A DNA stretch of 63,930 nt, filler included, from Sandaracinaceae bacterium (GCA_947483975.1; 4 parts of 4 records of this genome joined end to end with filler, not necessarily neighbours in it), one strand, 5' to 3'; shown: positions 53,461 to 63,219, numbered from the whole stretch's first letter. Translations and numbers: made by a program. Notes: generated by a model not told the origin, from the letters alone.

Positions 53461-54993
53461 TCAGCCGCCGTCGCCCGAGTCCTCTTCCTTCTCGAGGCGG
53501 CGCATCAGATCGCGCATGTATTCGCCCGCTCCCGGCGACACGCTGAGCGCACGCTTCGGCGACGCGAGCAGCACGACGGGCTTGCCGGAAGCGTCCCCGT
53601 CATCGAGCTCGAAGAGCTCGGGAGGAAGTGAGGGATAGCGATTCTCTGAGCCGTTGCCCGAGTCATCGTTCGACTCGAGGTCCCGTGAGGGACTCGCGGG
53701 CAGGTCATCGAAGCGCGCGGGCTGAAGCGGCTCGGGCGGCAGGCTCTCGAGCAGAGCTGCAGCGTCGAACTCCGACTCGACGTCTGCGCCTGTGAGGTCG
53801 CCGTCCGTGTCGTCCGACACGACCTGCAGGCGGGGCTGTCGAGACTGGGGCGGAAGCGTCAGCGGGTCGGCGTCGTCACCGTCGAAAGTGCGCGGCGCCT
53901 CGCTCAGCAGGTGCAGATCTTCGAACAGGGAGTCGTCGTCGAACTCGTGCACGACGGGACGCCCGGTGAGCGTCGCCTTCGCGGCGGGCTCGCGCCAACC
54001 GGTCTGACGGCCCGCGCCGGCGTCCGAACCTGGGCGGGAGAGCGGCACCTCGACGATCCCGGCGCTCTCTTCCTTCAGGCGCTCGTAAGGGAACACCTGG
54101 AGCACGTGCCGAGACACGGCGCGCGGACCGACGAGCAGCCCGTGCTTGGTGGCGAACTCCTCGAGCGCGAGCGCGAGATGCGACGCGCTCGGCGTGCGCT
54201 GTCCGCGGTCGCGATGGAGCGCGTTGAGCACGATGCGCTCGAGGTCGAGCGGAAAGTCCGGCAGGCGCGTCGACGGCAGCGGCGCGTCTTGCTCGACGAC
54301 CTGCGTCATCACCTGCACGTCGCTCCCGCGGAAGAGCCGCACGCCCGTCGTCAGCTCGTACAGAATGACGCCGAGCGCGAACACATCGGCGCGCTTGTCG
54401 AGCGGACGTGCGCGCACCTGCTCGGGCGCCATGTACGAGAACGTGCCCTTGACGACGCCGGTGTCCGTCTCGCGACGCGCAGAGGTCCGCGCGATGCCGA
54501 AGTCGAGCAGCTTCACGACGCCGTCGCGCGTCACCATCAGGTTCTGTGGGGTGACGTCGCGGTGCACGATGCGCAGCGGACGCCCCGCCTTGTCGCGACG
54601 CTCGTGCGCGTGATGAAGCGCCTCGCACGCCTGCATGACGATGCCGATGGCGACCGCGAGCGGCATCGGCTGATGACTGCGGGCGCCTACGACGACGAGA
54701 TCGGAGAGGTCGTGCCCATCGACCCACTCCATCGTGATGAACCACTGGCCATCCTCGAGCCCGAGCTCGAAGACCTGCGGAATGTTGGGGTGACAGAGCT
54801 CCGCGAGGAGGCGCGCCTCGTCCTGGAACATCCGGAGCTGCTTCTCGTTGTCCGAGAGGTTCCGGAAGATCCGCTTGATGACGACATCGCGGAAAAAACC
54901 GCCCTCGCCCCACTGCCGGGCCAAGAATATCTCCGCCATGCCGCCAGCGGCGACCTTGCGTAGAAGCTCATACCTGCCGAATAGCTGGGTCAT
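53461..54993 (-). CDS. Ser/Thr protein kinase with acidic disordered tail
   Basis: GGMAEIFLA, VVIKR, HRDVTPQN, DFGIA, KGTFSYMAPE, DVFALG. Confidence 0.93.
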   Translation of the reverse strand: MTQLFGRYELLRKVAAGGMAEIFLARQWGEGGFFRDVVIKRIFRNLSDNEKQLRMFQDEARLLAELCHPNIPQVFELGLEDGQWFITMEWVDGHDLSDLVVVGARSHQPMPLAVAIGIVMQACEALHHAHERRDKAGRPLRIVHRDVTPQNLMVTRDGVVKLLDFGIARTSARRETDTGVVKGTFSYMAPEQVRARPLDKRADVFALGVILYELTTGVRLFRGSDVQVMTQVVEQDAPLPSTRLPDFPLDLERIVLNALHRDRGQRTPSASHLALALEEFATKHGLLVGPRAVSRHVLQVFPYERLKEESAGIVEVPLSRPGSDAGAGRQTGWREPAAKATLTGRPVVHEFDDDSLFEDLHLLSEAPRTFDGDDADPLTLPPQSRQPRLQVVSDDTDGDLTGADVESEFDAAALLESLPPEPLQPARFDDLPASPSRDLESNDDSGNGSENRYPSLPPELFELDDGDASGKPVVLLASPKRALSVSPGAGEYMRDLMRRLEKEEDSGDGG

Positions 54994-55145
54994 TGCGCGT
55001 TCGAGGGGCCCTCGAGGCCCCCCGGGACGGCGGAGCATACCGCGCTGGCTGCGCGTGGATAGCTCCGTCTTCGAGGGGCGGCGTGAACGACGCGCTGCGT
55101 CGAGCTTGAATCGGAGGCGCGGGGTCCGTTAGCCTCCCCCGAACT

Positions 55146-57152
55146 ATGACCACGCCCCCACTAGAAGCCGCCAAGCCCGGAGGCGGTCACACCGCACCCG
55201 GGGCCGTCGTCGGAGGCCGCTTCGAGATCGAACGCGCCGTGAGCGAAGACGCGCTCGGCGCCGTGCTCGCCGCCAAGGATACGAAGACCGGCAAGGCGAT
55301 CGCGCTCCGGATGTTGCCCGCGAGCCTGATCGCAGGGGCCGCTGCTTCCGAGGGGCTCCGCGCGGGCGTCCGCACGGCCGCCGCGCTGCCGCACAAGAAC
55401 CTCGTCGCGGCGTTCGGTGCGGGCCAAGATCCGCACGCCGGCTGGTACGTCGCGAGCGAGTGGGCCGAGGGGCCATTGCTGACGCAGATCGTCGATTTTC
55501 GTAGGGCCAGTGGCCTCGGGGGCACCTCGGTTCGGGGCGCGATCGAGGTCGCCATGCAGGTCTGTGCGGCGCTCACGGCGGCGCACGTCAAGACGGTGCA
55601 CGGCGGCGTTCGACCGAGCGTGCTGTGGGTCGCCAAGAATGGTCGAGTGAAGCTCGGCGACCTCGGCGTGACGCGCTCGCTGCTGAAGACGTCGGGCGCG
55701 AAGGCGTTCGGCGAGGCGGAGCAGGCGTGGCTGGCCCCCGAGGTCAAAGCGGACGCGGCGCCCGACGCGCGGAGCGATGTGTTCGGCGTAGGCGCCCTGC
55801 TCTACGCGATGCTCACGGGCCGCTCACCGTCCGAGGAGTTCATCGCGCCGTCGAAGGCCCACCCCGATGGCACCGCCGCGATCGACCAGTTGCTGCTCAA
55901 GTGCCTCGCCAGCGATCCTGCGCAGCGCTTCGCGACGACGGAGGAAGTGCGCGCCGCCCTCGCCCCGCTGGCCGCCGAGGCGCCCCCCGCAGCCAACGAC
56001 GACTTCTTCCACACAGAGGCCGAGACGCACGAGTTCGACATCGACGTCGGCTCGATTCACCCGCACGCGACCGCTGCCGCGGCGGCGGTGCCTGCGTTTC
56101 CGAAGCCGCCTGCGGCGCCGCGAGCGCCGAGCATGCCGGGCGTGCCGGACGGTCGCCCGAAGGTCGGGCAGCGCGTCGCGGCGAGCGAGCAGTTCCGGGT
56201 GTCGATGCCCGGCGCCGTGGCGCCGATGCCGGCGCAGGCGCAGGCGCAGGCCAACGCGCCCACTGCACCCGCGTCGGCGTTGGTCGATCTCGGCTCGCTC
56301 CTCGCGAAGATCACGGAGAACGACGCCCCGCGCTGGATGGTGGTGAAGGACAACCTCGATCACGGCCCGTTTTCGGGCCGAGAGCTCGTGCAGTCGATCC
56401 TGCGAGGCGAGGTCCTCGACACGCACGGGCTGCTCAACATGGACACGGGCGAGCGTCGCAAGGTCCGCGAATTCCCCGAGTTCGTGGAGTTTCTCGAGCA
56501 GTACAAGCTGCGCAAGGTCGAGGCGGAGGAGAAGGTCGCGCTCAACCGCTCGGAGACCGTACAAAAGGCAGGCAACGCGGCGAAGCTGCTCATCGCGCTC
56601 GGCGTGCTCGCGGTCGTCGGCCTCGGCGTGGGGATCTTCGTCGCGACTCGGCAGCACCAGACGAGTGAGCACGTCGCCGACTCGAACCTCGCGGACCTGT
56701 ATGAGCGCGGACAGATCAACATCACGGGCACTGCGGGCATCCTGCCGCCGCCTCCGCGGGGCGCGGGGCGCCGCGGCGGGGGACACGGCGGAGGCGGAGG
56801 CGCCGGGGGCATGAGCTACGAAGACGCGATGAACCAAGCGGTCAACCTCGGCGACGTCAGCGGCGGCGGGGGCGGCGAACGCCAGCTGACGCCGCAGGAC
56901 GTCGCGGGCGTGATGAACCGCAACATCAACAGCCTCTTCTCGTGCGTCAGCGCCGAGCTGCGCAGCGGCGGCTCGCTGTCGAACGTGCAGATCGACCTCG
57001 CCATCGCGGGCAGCGGACAGGTGCTCGGCGCCTCTTCGCGGCAGGGCAGCGCGTCGTTTCAGGCGTGCATCGGGAGTCGCGCCCGCAGCATCCACTTCCC
57101 CACGTTCCCCGCGCCGCGCATGGGGGCTCGCTACTCGTTCTCGGTGGACTGA
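55146..57152 (+). CDS. Pseudokinase-GYF_2-TM-AgmX/TonB_C-like protein
   Basis: Kinase fold with IALR, HGGVRP and DLG substitutions, intact LAPE and SDVFGVG; RWMV...HGPFS..EL; TM; C-terminal disulfide-type TonB_C-like domain. Confidence 0.8.
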   Translation: MTTPPLEAAKPGGGHTAPGAVVGGRFEIERAVSEDALGAVLAAKDTKTGKAIALRMLPASLIAGAAASEGLRAGVRTAAALPHKNLVAAFGAGQDPHAGWYVASEWAEGPLLTQIVDFRRASGLGGTSVRGAIEVAMQVCAALTAAHVKTVHGGVRPSVLWVAKNGRVKLGDLGVTRSLLKTSGAKAFGEAEQAWLAPEVKADAAPDARSDVFGVGALLYAMLTGRSPSEEFIAPSKAHPDGTAAIDQLLLKCLASDPAQRFATTEEVRAALAPLAAEAPPAANDDFFHTEAETHEFDIDVGSIHPHATAAAAAVPAFPKPPAAPRAPSMPGVPDGRPKVGQRVAASEQFRVSMPGAVAPMPAQAQAQANAPTAPASALVDLGSLLAKITENDAPRWMVVKDNLDHGPFSGRELVQSILRGEVLDTHGLLNMDTGERRKVREFPEFVEFLEQYKLRKVEAEEKVALNRSETVQKAGNAAKLLIALGVLAVVGLGVGIFVATRQHQTSEHVADSNLADLYERGQINITGTAGILPPPPRGAGRRGGGHGGGGGAGGMSYEDAMNQAVNLGDVSGGGGGERQLTPQDVAGVMNRNINSLFSCVSAELRSGGSLSNVQIDLAIAGSGQVLGASSRQGSASFQACIGSRARSIHFPTFPAPRMGARYSFSVD

Positions 57153-57943
57153 TGCGCCTGCGCGACACCGCGTTGCTCCCCCTGTTCGTGCTCGCTGCGT
57201 GTGACTCTTCGGTCGCAGGCGGGCTCGACGAAGCGCAAGCCAACGAGATCGTCGTCGCGCTCGACGGTCAGGGGATTTCCGCCCTCAAGCAGAAGGAAGA
57301 GGGCACCTCCGAGACCCCAACCTTCCGCGTCGAGGTCTCGGGCGAGGACGTCGCCCGCTCGCTCAGCGCGCTCGGCGCAGCGGAGCTTCCCAGGCACCGC
57401 GAGCGCGGGGTCGAGGAGGTCTTCGGCGCTGGAGGCCTCGTGCCGACCGCGACCGAAGAGCGGGCGCGCTACGCCTCGGCGCTCTGCGGCGAGCTTGCCC
57501 GCTCGCTCGAGACGATGGACGGCGTCCTCGACGCGCGCGTGCACCTCGCGCTCCCCGACGTGCGTGATCTGCCGCTCGACGCGCCGGCCCCACATCCCCG
57601 CGCGTCCGTGCTGCTCAAGTATCGGCGCGGGGCGGTGCGCCCGTACGACGACGCGGCGGTGCGCGCCATCGTCGCCGGCGCCGTGCAGGGTATGGACGCG
57701 TCCGACGTCGCGGTCGTCGGCGTGCCCGCGCAGGCGGGGCCCGCGAGCGCGCAGACGGCCCTCGTGCGCGTCGGGCCGATCGCCGTGACGCGCGGCTCAG
57801 CCGGAGCCCTGAAGGCCCTGCTCGGTGGGTCGATTGCGCTCAACGTGCTCGTCGCCCTCGGCGCCGCGGTGCTCGTGCTGCGCCGCAAGAAGCCAGGCGA
57901 CCCGCCGCCCGACGACGCCGAGAAGCCGAACGGCGGCCGATAG
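57152..57943 (+). CDS. sctJ: SctJ/YscJ-family inner-membrane ring lipoprotein
   Basis: Lipobox LAAC; GLDEAQANEIV..L, LP, GLVPTATEERARY..AL.GELARSL..MDGVLDARVHLALP, ASVLL, VAGAVQG, C-terminal TM followed by RRKK. Confidence 0.88.
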   Translation: MRLRDTALLPLFVLAACDSSVAGGLDEAQANEIVVALDGQGISALKQKEEGTSETPTFRVEVSGEDVARSLSALGAAELPRHRERGVEEVFGAGGLVPTATEERARYASALCGELARSLETMDGVLDARVHLALPDVRDLPLDAPAPHPRASVLLKYRRGAVRPYDDAAVRAIVAGAVQGMDASDVAVVGVPAQAGPASAQTALVRVGPIAVTRGSAGALKALLGGSIALNVLVALGAAVLVLRRKKPGDPPPDDAEKPNGGR

Positions 57944-57982
57944 CGTCGGCGCGCCGCCGGGCTAAAGCAGAGCCGTGCACCG

Positions 57983-58717
57983 ATGATCCACGTCGACGGC
58001 GTCCACTCCTCGTTCGCGGCGCCCGTGCTCGCAGGGGTGTCGATGACCGTGCCGGAAGGCGGCATCTACGCGCTGGTCGGCCCTGCGGCGGCAGGCAAGA
58101 GCGTGCTGCTCAAGGTGATCGCGGGCCTGCTCAAGCCGCAGCGCGGGACAGTGCGCATCGGCGACGTCGACGTCACGAAGGCCGGCGCCATCGCGCTCGC
58201 GGGCGTGCGGCGGCAGATCGGCATGCTCTTTCAGAACTACGCGCTCTTCGATCATCTCAGCGTTGGCGAGAATGTCGCGTTCCCGCTCCGCCGCCTCTTC
58301 GATCTCACGCCGGACGAGGTCGCCGCGCGCGTCGCTGAGCGCCTCGAGCGCGTCGCGCTGCCGGGCTTCGAGCAGCGCGAACCCGCCGGGCTCTCCGGCG
58401 GTCAGAAGAAGCGCGTCGGCATCGCCCGCGCGACGGTGGCGCGGCCGCCCATCGTGCTCTACGACGAGCCCACCGCCGGCCTCGACCCCGTGACCAGCCA
58501 GAAGATCTACGACCTCCTCCGTGCGGAGCAGCGCGCGCAGGGCAGCACCGTCGTCGCCATCTCGAGCGACGTCGCGGGTCTGCTCACGATCGCGGACCGC
58601 GTCGGGATGCTCCACCGAGGCGAGCTGATCTTCGACGGGACGGTCGCCGAGGCGCGCGCCACGACTCACCCCGCCGTTCGGCAATTCCTCGACGGCCTCA
58701 CGGAGGGCCCGCTGTGA
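57983..58717 (+). CDS. MlaF/Mkl-like ABC ATPase 1 (H-loop His absent)
   Basis: GPAAAGKS, FQNYALFD, LSGGQKKRVGIARA, YDEPTAGLDP, ISSD, HPAVRQF..G..EGP. Confidence 0.9.
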   Translation: MIHVDGVHSSFAAPVLAGVSMTVPEGGIYALVGPAAAGKSVLLKVIAGLLKPQRGTVRIGDVDVTKAGAIALAGVRRQIGMLFQNYALFDHLSVGENVAFPLRRLFDLTPDEVAARVAERLERVALPGFEQREPAGLSGGQKKRVGIARATVARPPIVLYDEPTAGLDPVTSQKIYDLLRAEQRAQGSTVVAISSDVAGLLTIADRVGMLHRGELIFDGTVAEARATTHPAVRQFLDGLTEGPL

Positions 58718-59511
58718 GCGCCACTGTGCTCGCGCGCGCGGCGCTGGCCCTGCCGACGAGGCTCGGCGCTGCCGTGCTCGGCCTCGCGAACGAGGTCGGC
58801 GGCACGGGCGTGCTCGCCGGGCGCGTGCTCGCGCGCCTCTTTCCACCGCGCATCGACCGCCTCGAGCTGACGCGCAACCTCCATCGGATGGGCGTCGCCT
58901 CAGTCGCGATCACCTCGGCGACGGCGATCTTCGTCGGCGGCATCATGGTCATCCAGGCCGCGCCGATGGTGCAGCGCTTCGGCGTGAAGGAGCTCGTCGG
59001 CTGGGGCGCGGGCTTCGCGACGCTGCGCGAGGTCGGCCCTTTGCTGATCGCGCTCGTCTTCAACGGACGGGTCGGCGCGAACAACACGGCAGAGCTCGCG
59101 AGCATGACCGTGACCGATCAGATCGATGCGCTCCGCGCGCTCGTCATCGACCCGATCACGTACCTCGTCGTGCCGCGGGTGCTCTCGATGATCCTGATGA
59201 TCACGGTGCTCACGGTCATCGGAGATGGCGTCGCGATGTTCGGTGCGATGGGGGCGGCGAAGGTGCTGCTCGACGTCGATCCTCGGGTCTTCCTGCGTTC
59301 GCTCGTCACGCTGCTCGAGCCGTGGGATCTTCTCTCCGGCCTCGTGAAGGCGAGCCTCTTCGGCACGGTGATCGCCCTCGTGTCGTCGCACTACGGTCTC
59401 TCGGTCAAGGGCGGCGCGCCCGGCGTCGGACGCGCGGTGACGGCGTCAGTCGTCGCGTCCGCGACTGGCATCTTCGCGCTCGATTATCTCTTCACGTTCC
59501 TCATCGACTGA
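58714..59511 (+). CDS. MlaE/YrbE-family permease 1
   Basis: LREVGPLL.AL..GRVGA...AELASM.VTDQIDAL, YLVVPRV, GVGRA.T.SVV. Confidence 0.92.
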   Translation: MSATVLARAALALPTRLGAAVLGLANEVGGTGVLAGRVLARLFPPRIDRLELTRNLHRMGVASVAITSATAIFVGGIMVIQAAPMVQRFGVKELVGWGAGFATLREVGPLLIALVFNGRVGANNTAELASMTVTDQIDALRALVIDPITYLVVPRVLSMILMITVLTVIGDGVAMFGAMGAAKVLLDVDPRVFLRSLVTLLEPWDLLSGLVKASLFGTVIALVSSHYGLSVKGGAPGVGRAVTASVVASATGIFALDYLFTFLID

Positions 59512-59550
59512 CCGCTGCTTTCGCAGCTCTCGAATCGGAGTCCTTCGCTC

Positions 59551-60492
59551 ATGCGCATTCTCATCACCGGCGGCGCCGGCTTCATCGGCAGTCACGTCGC
59601 AGAGCACGCGCTCGCCCGCGGCCACGAGGTGCTCGTGCTCGATGATCTCTCGACGGGCAGACGCGAGAACGTCCCAGCCGCGGCGGAGTTCGTGCAACTC
59701 GATATGCGGCGCGGCGACGACGTACGCGCGGTCTTCGAGCGTTTCTTGCCGGACGCCGTGACGCACCAAGCCGCGCAGGCGTCGGTCGCGATCAGCATGC
59801 GCGAACCGGTGCGCGACGCGGACATCAACGTGCTCGGTGGGCTCTCGGTGCTCGAGGCGTGCCGCGCGACGGGCACCAAGCGCTTCGTGTTCGCGAGCAC
59901 GGGCGGCGCCATCTACGGCGAGGTGCAAGACGGCACGCGCGCCGACGAGCTGACCGCGCGCGCCCCGCTCAGCCCCTACGGCGCGGCCAAGCTCGCGATC
60001 GAGGGCTATCTCCCGACGTATCAGCGGCACTTCGGCGTGACGCCGACGGTGCTTCGCTACGCGAACGTCTACGGTCCGCGGCAAGACCCACACGGCGAGG
60101 CTGGCGTCGTCGCCATCTTCGCGGAGCGCGCGCTGCGCTCGGCGCCCATGCAGATCAACGCGATGCGCCGCCAGGGCGACGATGGCTGCATCCGCGACTA
60201 CGTTTATGTTCGCGACGTCGTGCGCGCGAACCTCGCAGCGCTCGAGGGCACGCTCGGCGAAGCCGTGCTCAACGTCGGCAGCGGCGTGGCGACGACCACC
60301 GGCGAGCTCGCGCGGGCCATCTGCGCCGCTGCGGGCGCGACGTCGGCGCTCGTGCCGAGCGAGGTGCGCGCAGGAGACCTCGAGCGCTCCGTGCTCGATC
60401 CCTCGCGCTTCGAGCAGGCGATCGGCGCGGTCACGCCCCTCGCGGAGGGTCTCGCCGAGACGCTCCACTGGTTCCGCGCGCGCGGCCGATGA
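59551..60492 (+). CDS. NAD-dependent epimerase (GalE-like)
   Basis: ITGGAGFIGSH, HQAAQ, STGGAIYGE, SPYGAAK, RYANVYGPRQDPHGEAGVV. Confidence 0.9.
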   Translation: MRILITGGAGFIGSHVAEHALARGHEVLVLDDLSTGRRENVPAAAEFVQLDMRRGDDVRAVFERFLPDAVTHQAAQASVAISMREPVRDADINVLGGLSVLEACRATGTKRFVFASTGGAIYGEVQDGTRADELTARAPLSPYGAAKLAIEGYLPTYQRHFGVTPTVLRYANVYGPRQDPHGEAGVVAIFAERALRSAPMQINAMRRQGDDGCIRDYVYVRDVVRANLAALEGTLGEAVLNVGSGVATTTGELARAICAAAGATSALVPSEVRAGDLERSVLDPSRFEQAIGAVTPLAEGLAETLHWFRARGR

Positions 60493-61316
60493 GCGCGCCG
60501 GCTGACGTGCCGACGCTGTCCGCGCCGCCGCGCGAGCCGGGCTTTCTTCACGCGCTCGGGGCCCCGCTCGTCGCCGCCGGCCGGGACCTGCGTGAGCTCC
60601 TCGCGCTCTTCGCGCAGACGCTCTACTGGTGCGTGCGCGGGCGCCGCGAGAAGGGCGACGTCATCGCGCAGATGTACTCGCTCGGGAATCGATCGTGGTT
60701 CTTCCTGAGCGTGAGCATGGGCTTCATCGGCATGATCCTCGTGTTCCAAGCGGGCGCGCAGGCGGCGAAGGTCGTGCCCGATTTCTCTCTGCTCGGCCCC
60801 TTCTACATCAAGCTCCTCGTGCGCGATCTCGCCGCCTCCATCGGCGCGATGCCGCTCGCGACGCGCGTCGGCGCGGGCATCGCCGCAGAGATCGGCACGA
60901 TGGTCGTCACCGAGCAGACGGACGCGCTCCGGATGTGCTCCGCGGAGCCCGTCGACTACCTCGTCGTGCCGCGCTTTCTCGCGAGCATCGTGATGACGAC
61001 GGTGTTGCTGGTCTGGGCCGCTTTCGTCGCGCTGATCGCGGGCATGATCGTCGCGAAGCACAGCTACGGCGTCAGCTACGTGAACTTCGTCGACTTCAGC
61101 TTCGTGACCCCGGGTGACGCCATCACCGGTCTCATGAAGTGCGTCGCGTACGGCGCAGCCATCCCGATCGTCAGCGCACACCGCGGGCTGCGCACCTTCG
61201 GCGGTGCCGAGGGCGTCGGCCGCGCGACGACGGACGCCGTCGTGCACAGCACCTTCGCGGTCATCATGCTCAACTTCGTGCTCAGCACGGTCGGCTTCCT
61301 GCTGTTCCCGGAGTGA
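60489..61316 (+). CDS. MlaE/YrbE-family permease 2
   Basis: ATGA overlap; ATRVGAGIAAEIGTMVVTEQ.DAL, YLVVPRF, GGAEGVGRATT.AVV. Confidence 0.92.
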   Translation: MSAPADVPTLSAPPREPGFLHALGAPLVAAGRDLRELLALFAQTLYWCVRGRREKGDVIAQMYSLGNRSWFFLSVSMGFIGMILVFQAGAQAAKVVPDFSLLGPFYIKLLVRDLAASIGAMPLATRVGAGIAAEIGTMVVTEQTDALRMCSAEPVDYLVVPRFLASIVMTTVLLVWAAFVALIAGMIVAKHSYGVSYVNFVDFSFVTPGDAITGLMKCVAYGAAIPIVSAHRGLRTFGGAEGVGRATTDAVVHSTFAVIMLNFVLSTVGFLLFPE

Positions 61317-61340
61317 CGCAGCCCGAATGAGCCCCCCCGC

Positions 61341-62087
61341 ATGACCATCGAGTTTCGCGGCATCAAGAAGCGCTTCGGCGCGAAGGTCGTGCTCGACGGC
61401 GTCGACCTCACGGTGAACGACGGCGAGTGCTTCTTCGTCATCGGCGCCTCGGGCGTGGGCAAGAGCGTCCTGATCAAGCACCTCGTCGGGCTGCTGCGCC
61501 CCGACGCGGGGGAGATCTTCCTCGATGGGCAAGAGGTCTCCCGCCTGTCCGAGGCCGACCTCGCGCCGGTGCGCCTGCGCTGCGCGATGGTCTTTCAGAG
61601 CTCCACGCTCTTCGACTCGATGACCTGCCTCGAAAACGTCGCGCTCCCGCTCCGAAAGCATCGCGCGCTCTCACAACAGGCAGCCCTCTTGGAGGCGGCT
61701 CGCAGGCTCTCCGAGCTCGGCCTCAGCGAGCTCGCGCAGAAGTACCCGGCGGAGCTCGGAGACGGACTCCGCAAGCGCGTGGCCATCGCCCGCGCGCTGA
61801 CGCTCGAGCCGCGCTACGTGCTCTTCGACGAGCCGACGACGTCGCTCGATCCGGTCTCCGCGCGCCGCGTCGATCAGAGCATTCGCAGGCTCTGCGACGC
61901 GCACGGCGTCACGGCCATCGTCGTCAGCCACGACCTCGCGTCCATCTTCTCGATCGCCGACCGGATCGCGATGCTATACAAGGGCGCCGTGCGGCTCATC
62001 GGCACTCCCGACGACTTCCGCCGATCGGAGGACCCGATCGTGCATCAGTTCATCCGAGGCGAGGCTACCGGCCCGATGGACTTGTGA
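61341..62087 (+). CDS. MlaF/Mkl-like ABC ATPase 2 (degenerate signature)
   Basis: [47 protein letters not shown]. Confidence 0.9.
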   Translation: MTIEFRGIKKRFGAKVVLDGVDLTVNDGECFFVIGASGVGKSVLIKHLVGLLRPDAGEIFLDGQEVSRLSEADLAPVRLRCAMVFQSSTLFDSMTCLENVALPLRKHRALSQQAALLEAARRLSELGLSELAQKYPAELGDGLRKRVAIARALTLEPRYVLFDEPTTSLDPVSARRVDQSIRRLCDAHGVTAIVVSHDLASIFSIADRIAMLYKGAVRLIGTPDDFRRSEDPIVHQFIRGEATGPMDL

Positions 62088-62094
62088 GCCCACG

Positions 62095-63111
62095 ATGAAG
62101 GGTCTTTCGATCGAAGCGCGCGTCGGCCTGCTCATCCTCCTCGCGGCGGGGCTGCTCGCGGCGTTCGTGTTCGTGCTGAGCGGCGTGCGCCTCGGCAAGA
62201 CCTACGAGCTCTTCGTCGACTTCAACAACCCGGGCAGCGTGCAGTCCGGCGCGCCGGTGCGCATCGGCGGGCTCAAGGTCGGTCAGGTCAGCGAGATGCG
62301 TTACCTCGGCGGCGGCCTCGACCCGCGCACCGGTCGCCGCGCGCTCGTCCGCATGCGCGTGCAGCTCGACCAAGACGTGCAGCCCACGGTGCACGAGGAC
62401 GCGCTCTTCTACGTCACCGCGCAGGGCGTGCTCGGCGAGCAATTCGTCGCCGTCGATCCGGGCACCGCGGAGAAGCCCGCGCTCGCCCCGGGGGCGATCG
62501 TGCACGGCGTCGATCCGCCGCGTCTCGATCTCGCGCTCGCGCTCGGCTACGAGCTGCTCGAGACGCTGGTCGATGGGATCCGCGCCAATCGCGCTGAGCT
62601 CGGCTCGCTGCTCGACGGGCTGATCTCGATCCTGCGGGACCTCTCCGGGCTGCTGCACGAGAACCGGGCGCGCCTCGAGCAGATCATCGTCAACGTCGAG
62701 ACGGCCTCGAGCGAGGCGGCGCAGCTCGTGACGGGCGCTCGCGCTCAGTACGTCGACGGCGCCGAGGCGCGGCGCGTGCTGACGAACCTCGACCGAGTGC
62801 TCGCGGTTGCGGCGCGCGACCTCGGACCGCTGCTCACCGATGTGCGCTCGGTCGCCGGGCACGCGGACACCGCGCTCGCCACGATCGGACCGGAGGAGCA
62901 GCGCCGGATTCGCGCGACGATCGAGCGCGCCGCGAGCATCGCCGAGCGCGCCGACAGCACCCTCGCCGACGCCCAAGGCATCGTCGCGCACGTCCGGGCT
63001 GGCGAAGGCACGGTCGGGGCTATGTTGATGGACGAGGAGATCTACGACGACGTCCAGGAGCTGATCCGGGACCTCAAGCACAACCCGTGGAAGTTCTTCT
63101 GGCGAGAGTGA
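62095..63111 (+). CDS. MlaD/MCE-domain protein with long helical extension
   Basis: EARVGL + TM; GAPVRIGG.KVGQV, QGVLGEQFV...PG; helical region; GEGTVGA...D..IYD; DLKHNPWK. Confidence 0.9.
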   Translation: MKGLSIEARVGLLILLAAGLLAAFVFVLSGVRLGKTYELFVDFNNPGSVQSGAPVRIGGLKVGQVSEMRYLGGGLDPRTGRRALVRMRVQLDQDVQPTVHEDALFYVTAQGVLGEQFVAVDPGTAEKPALAPGAIVHGVDPPRLDLALALGYELLETLVDGIRANRAELGSLLDGLISILRDLSGLLHENRARLEQIIVNVETASSEAAQLVTGARAQYVDGAEARRVLTNLDRVLAVAARDLGPLLTDVRSVAGHADTALATIGPEEQRRIRATIERAASIAERADSTLADAQGIVAHVRAGEGTVGAMLMDEEIYDDVQELIRDLKHNPWKFFWRE

Positions 63112-63189
63112 CCGCGAGATGCGCCCCTAGCCAAGGTGGGTCGCGCGGCAACGGTCTGAAAAGGCGAAGGAAACAGCCGAGGTAGCGCG

Positions 63190-63219
63190 TTGACATTCGA
63201 ACGCGCGTACTGCTAGCTT
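63190..63219 (+). promoter_or_regulatory. Sigma-70-type promoter with extended -10
   Basis: TTGACA (63190-63195)-N18-TAGCTT (63214-63219), with TG at 63211-63212. Confidence 0.65.

Noticed and set aside
57152..57943. Flagellar FliF
   Set aside because: Short, with a lipobox and a single C-terminal TM, which fits SctJ; no flagellar genes nearby.
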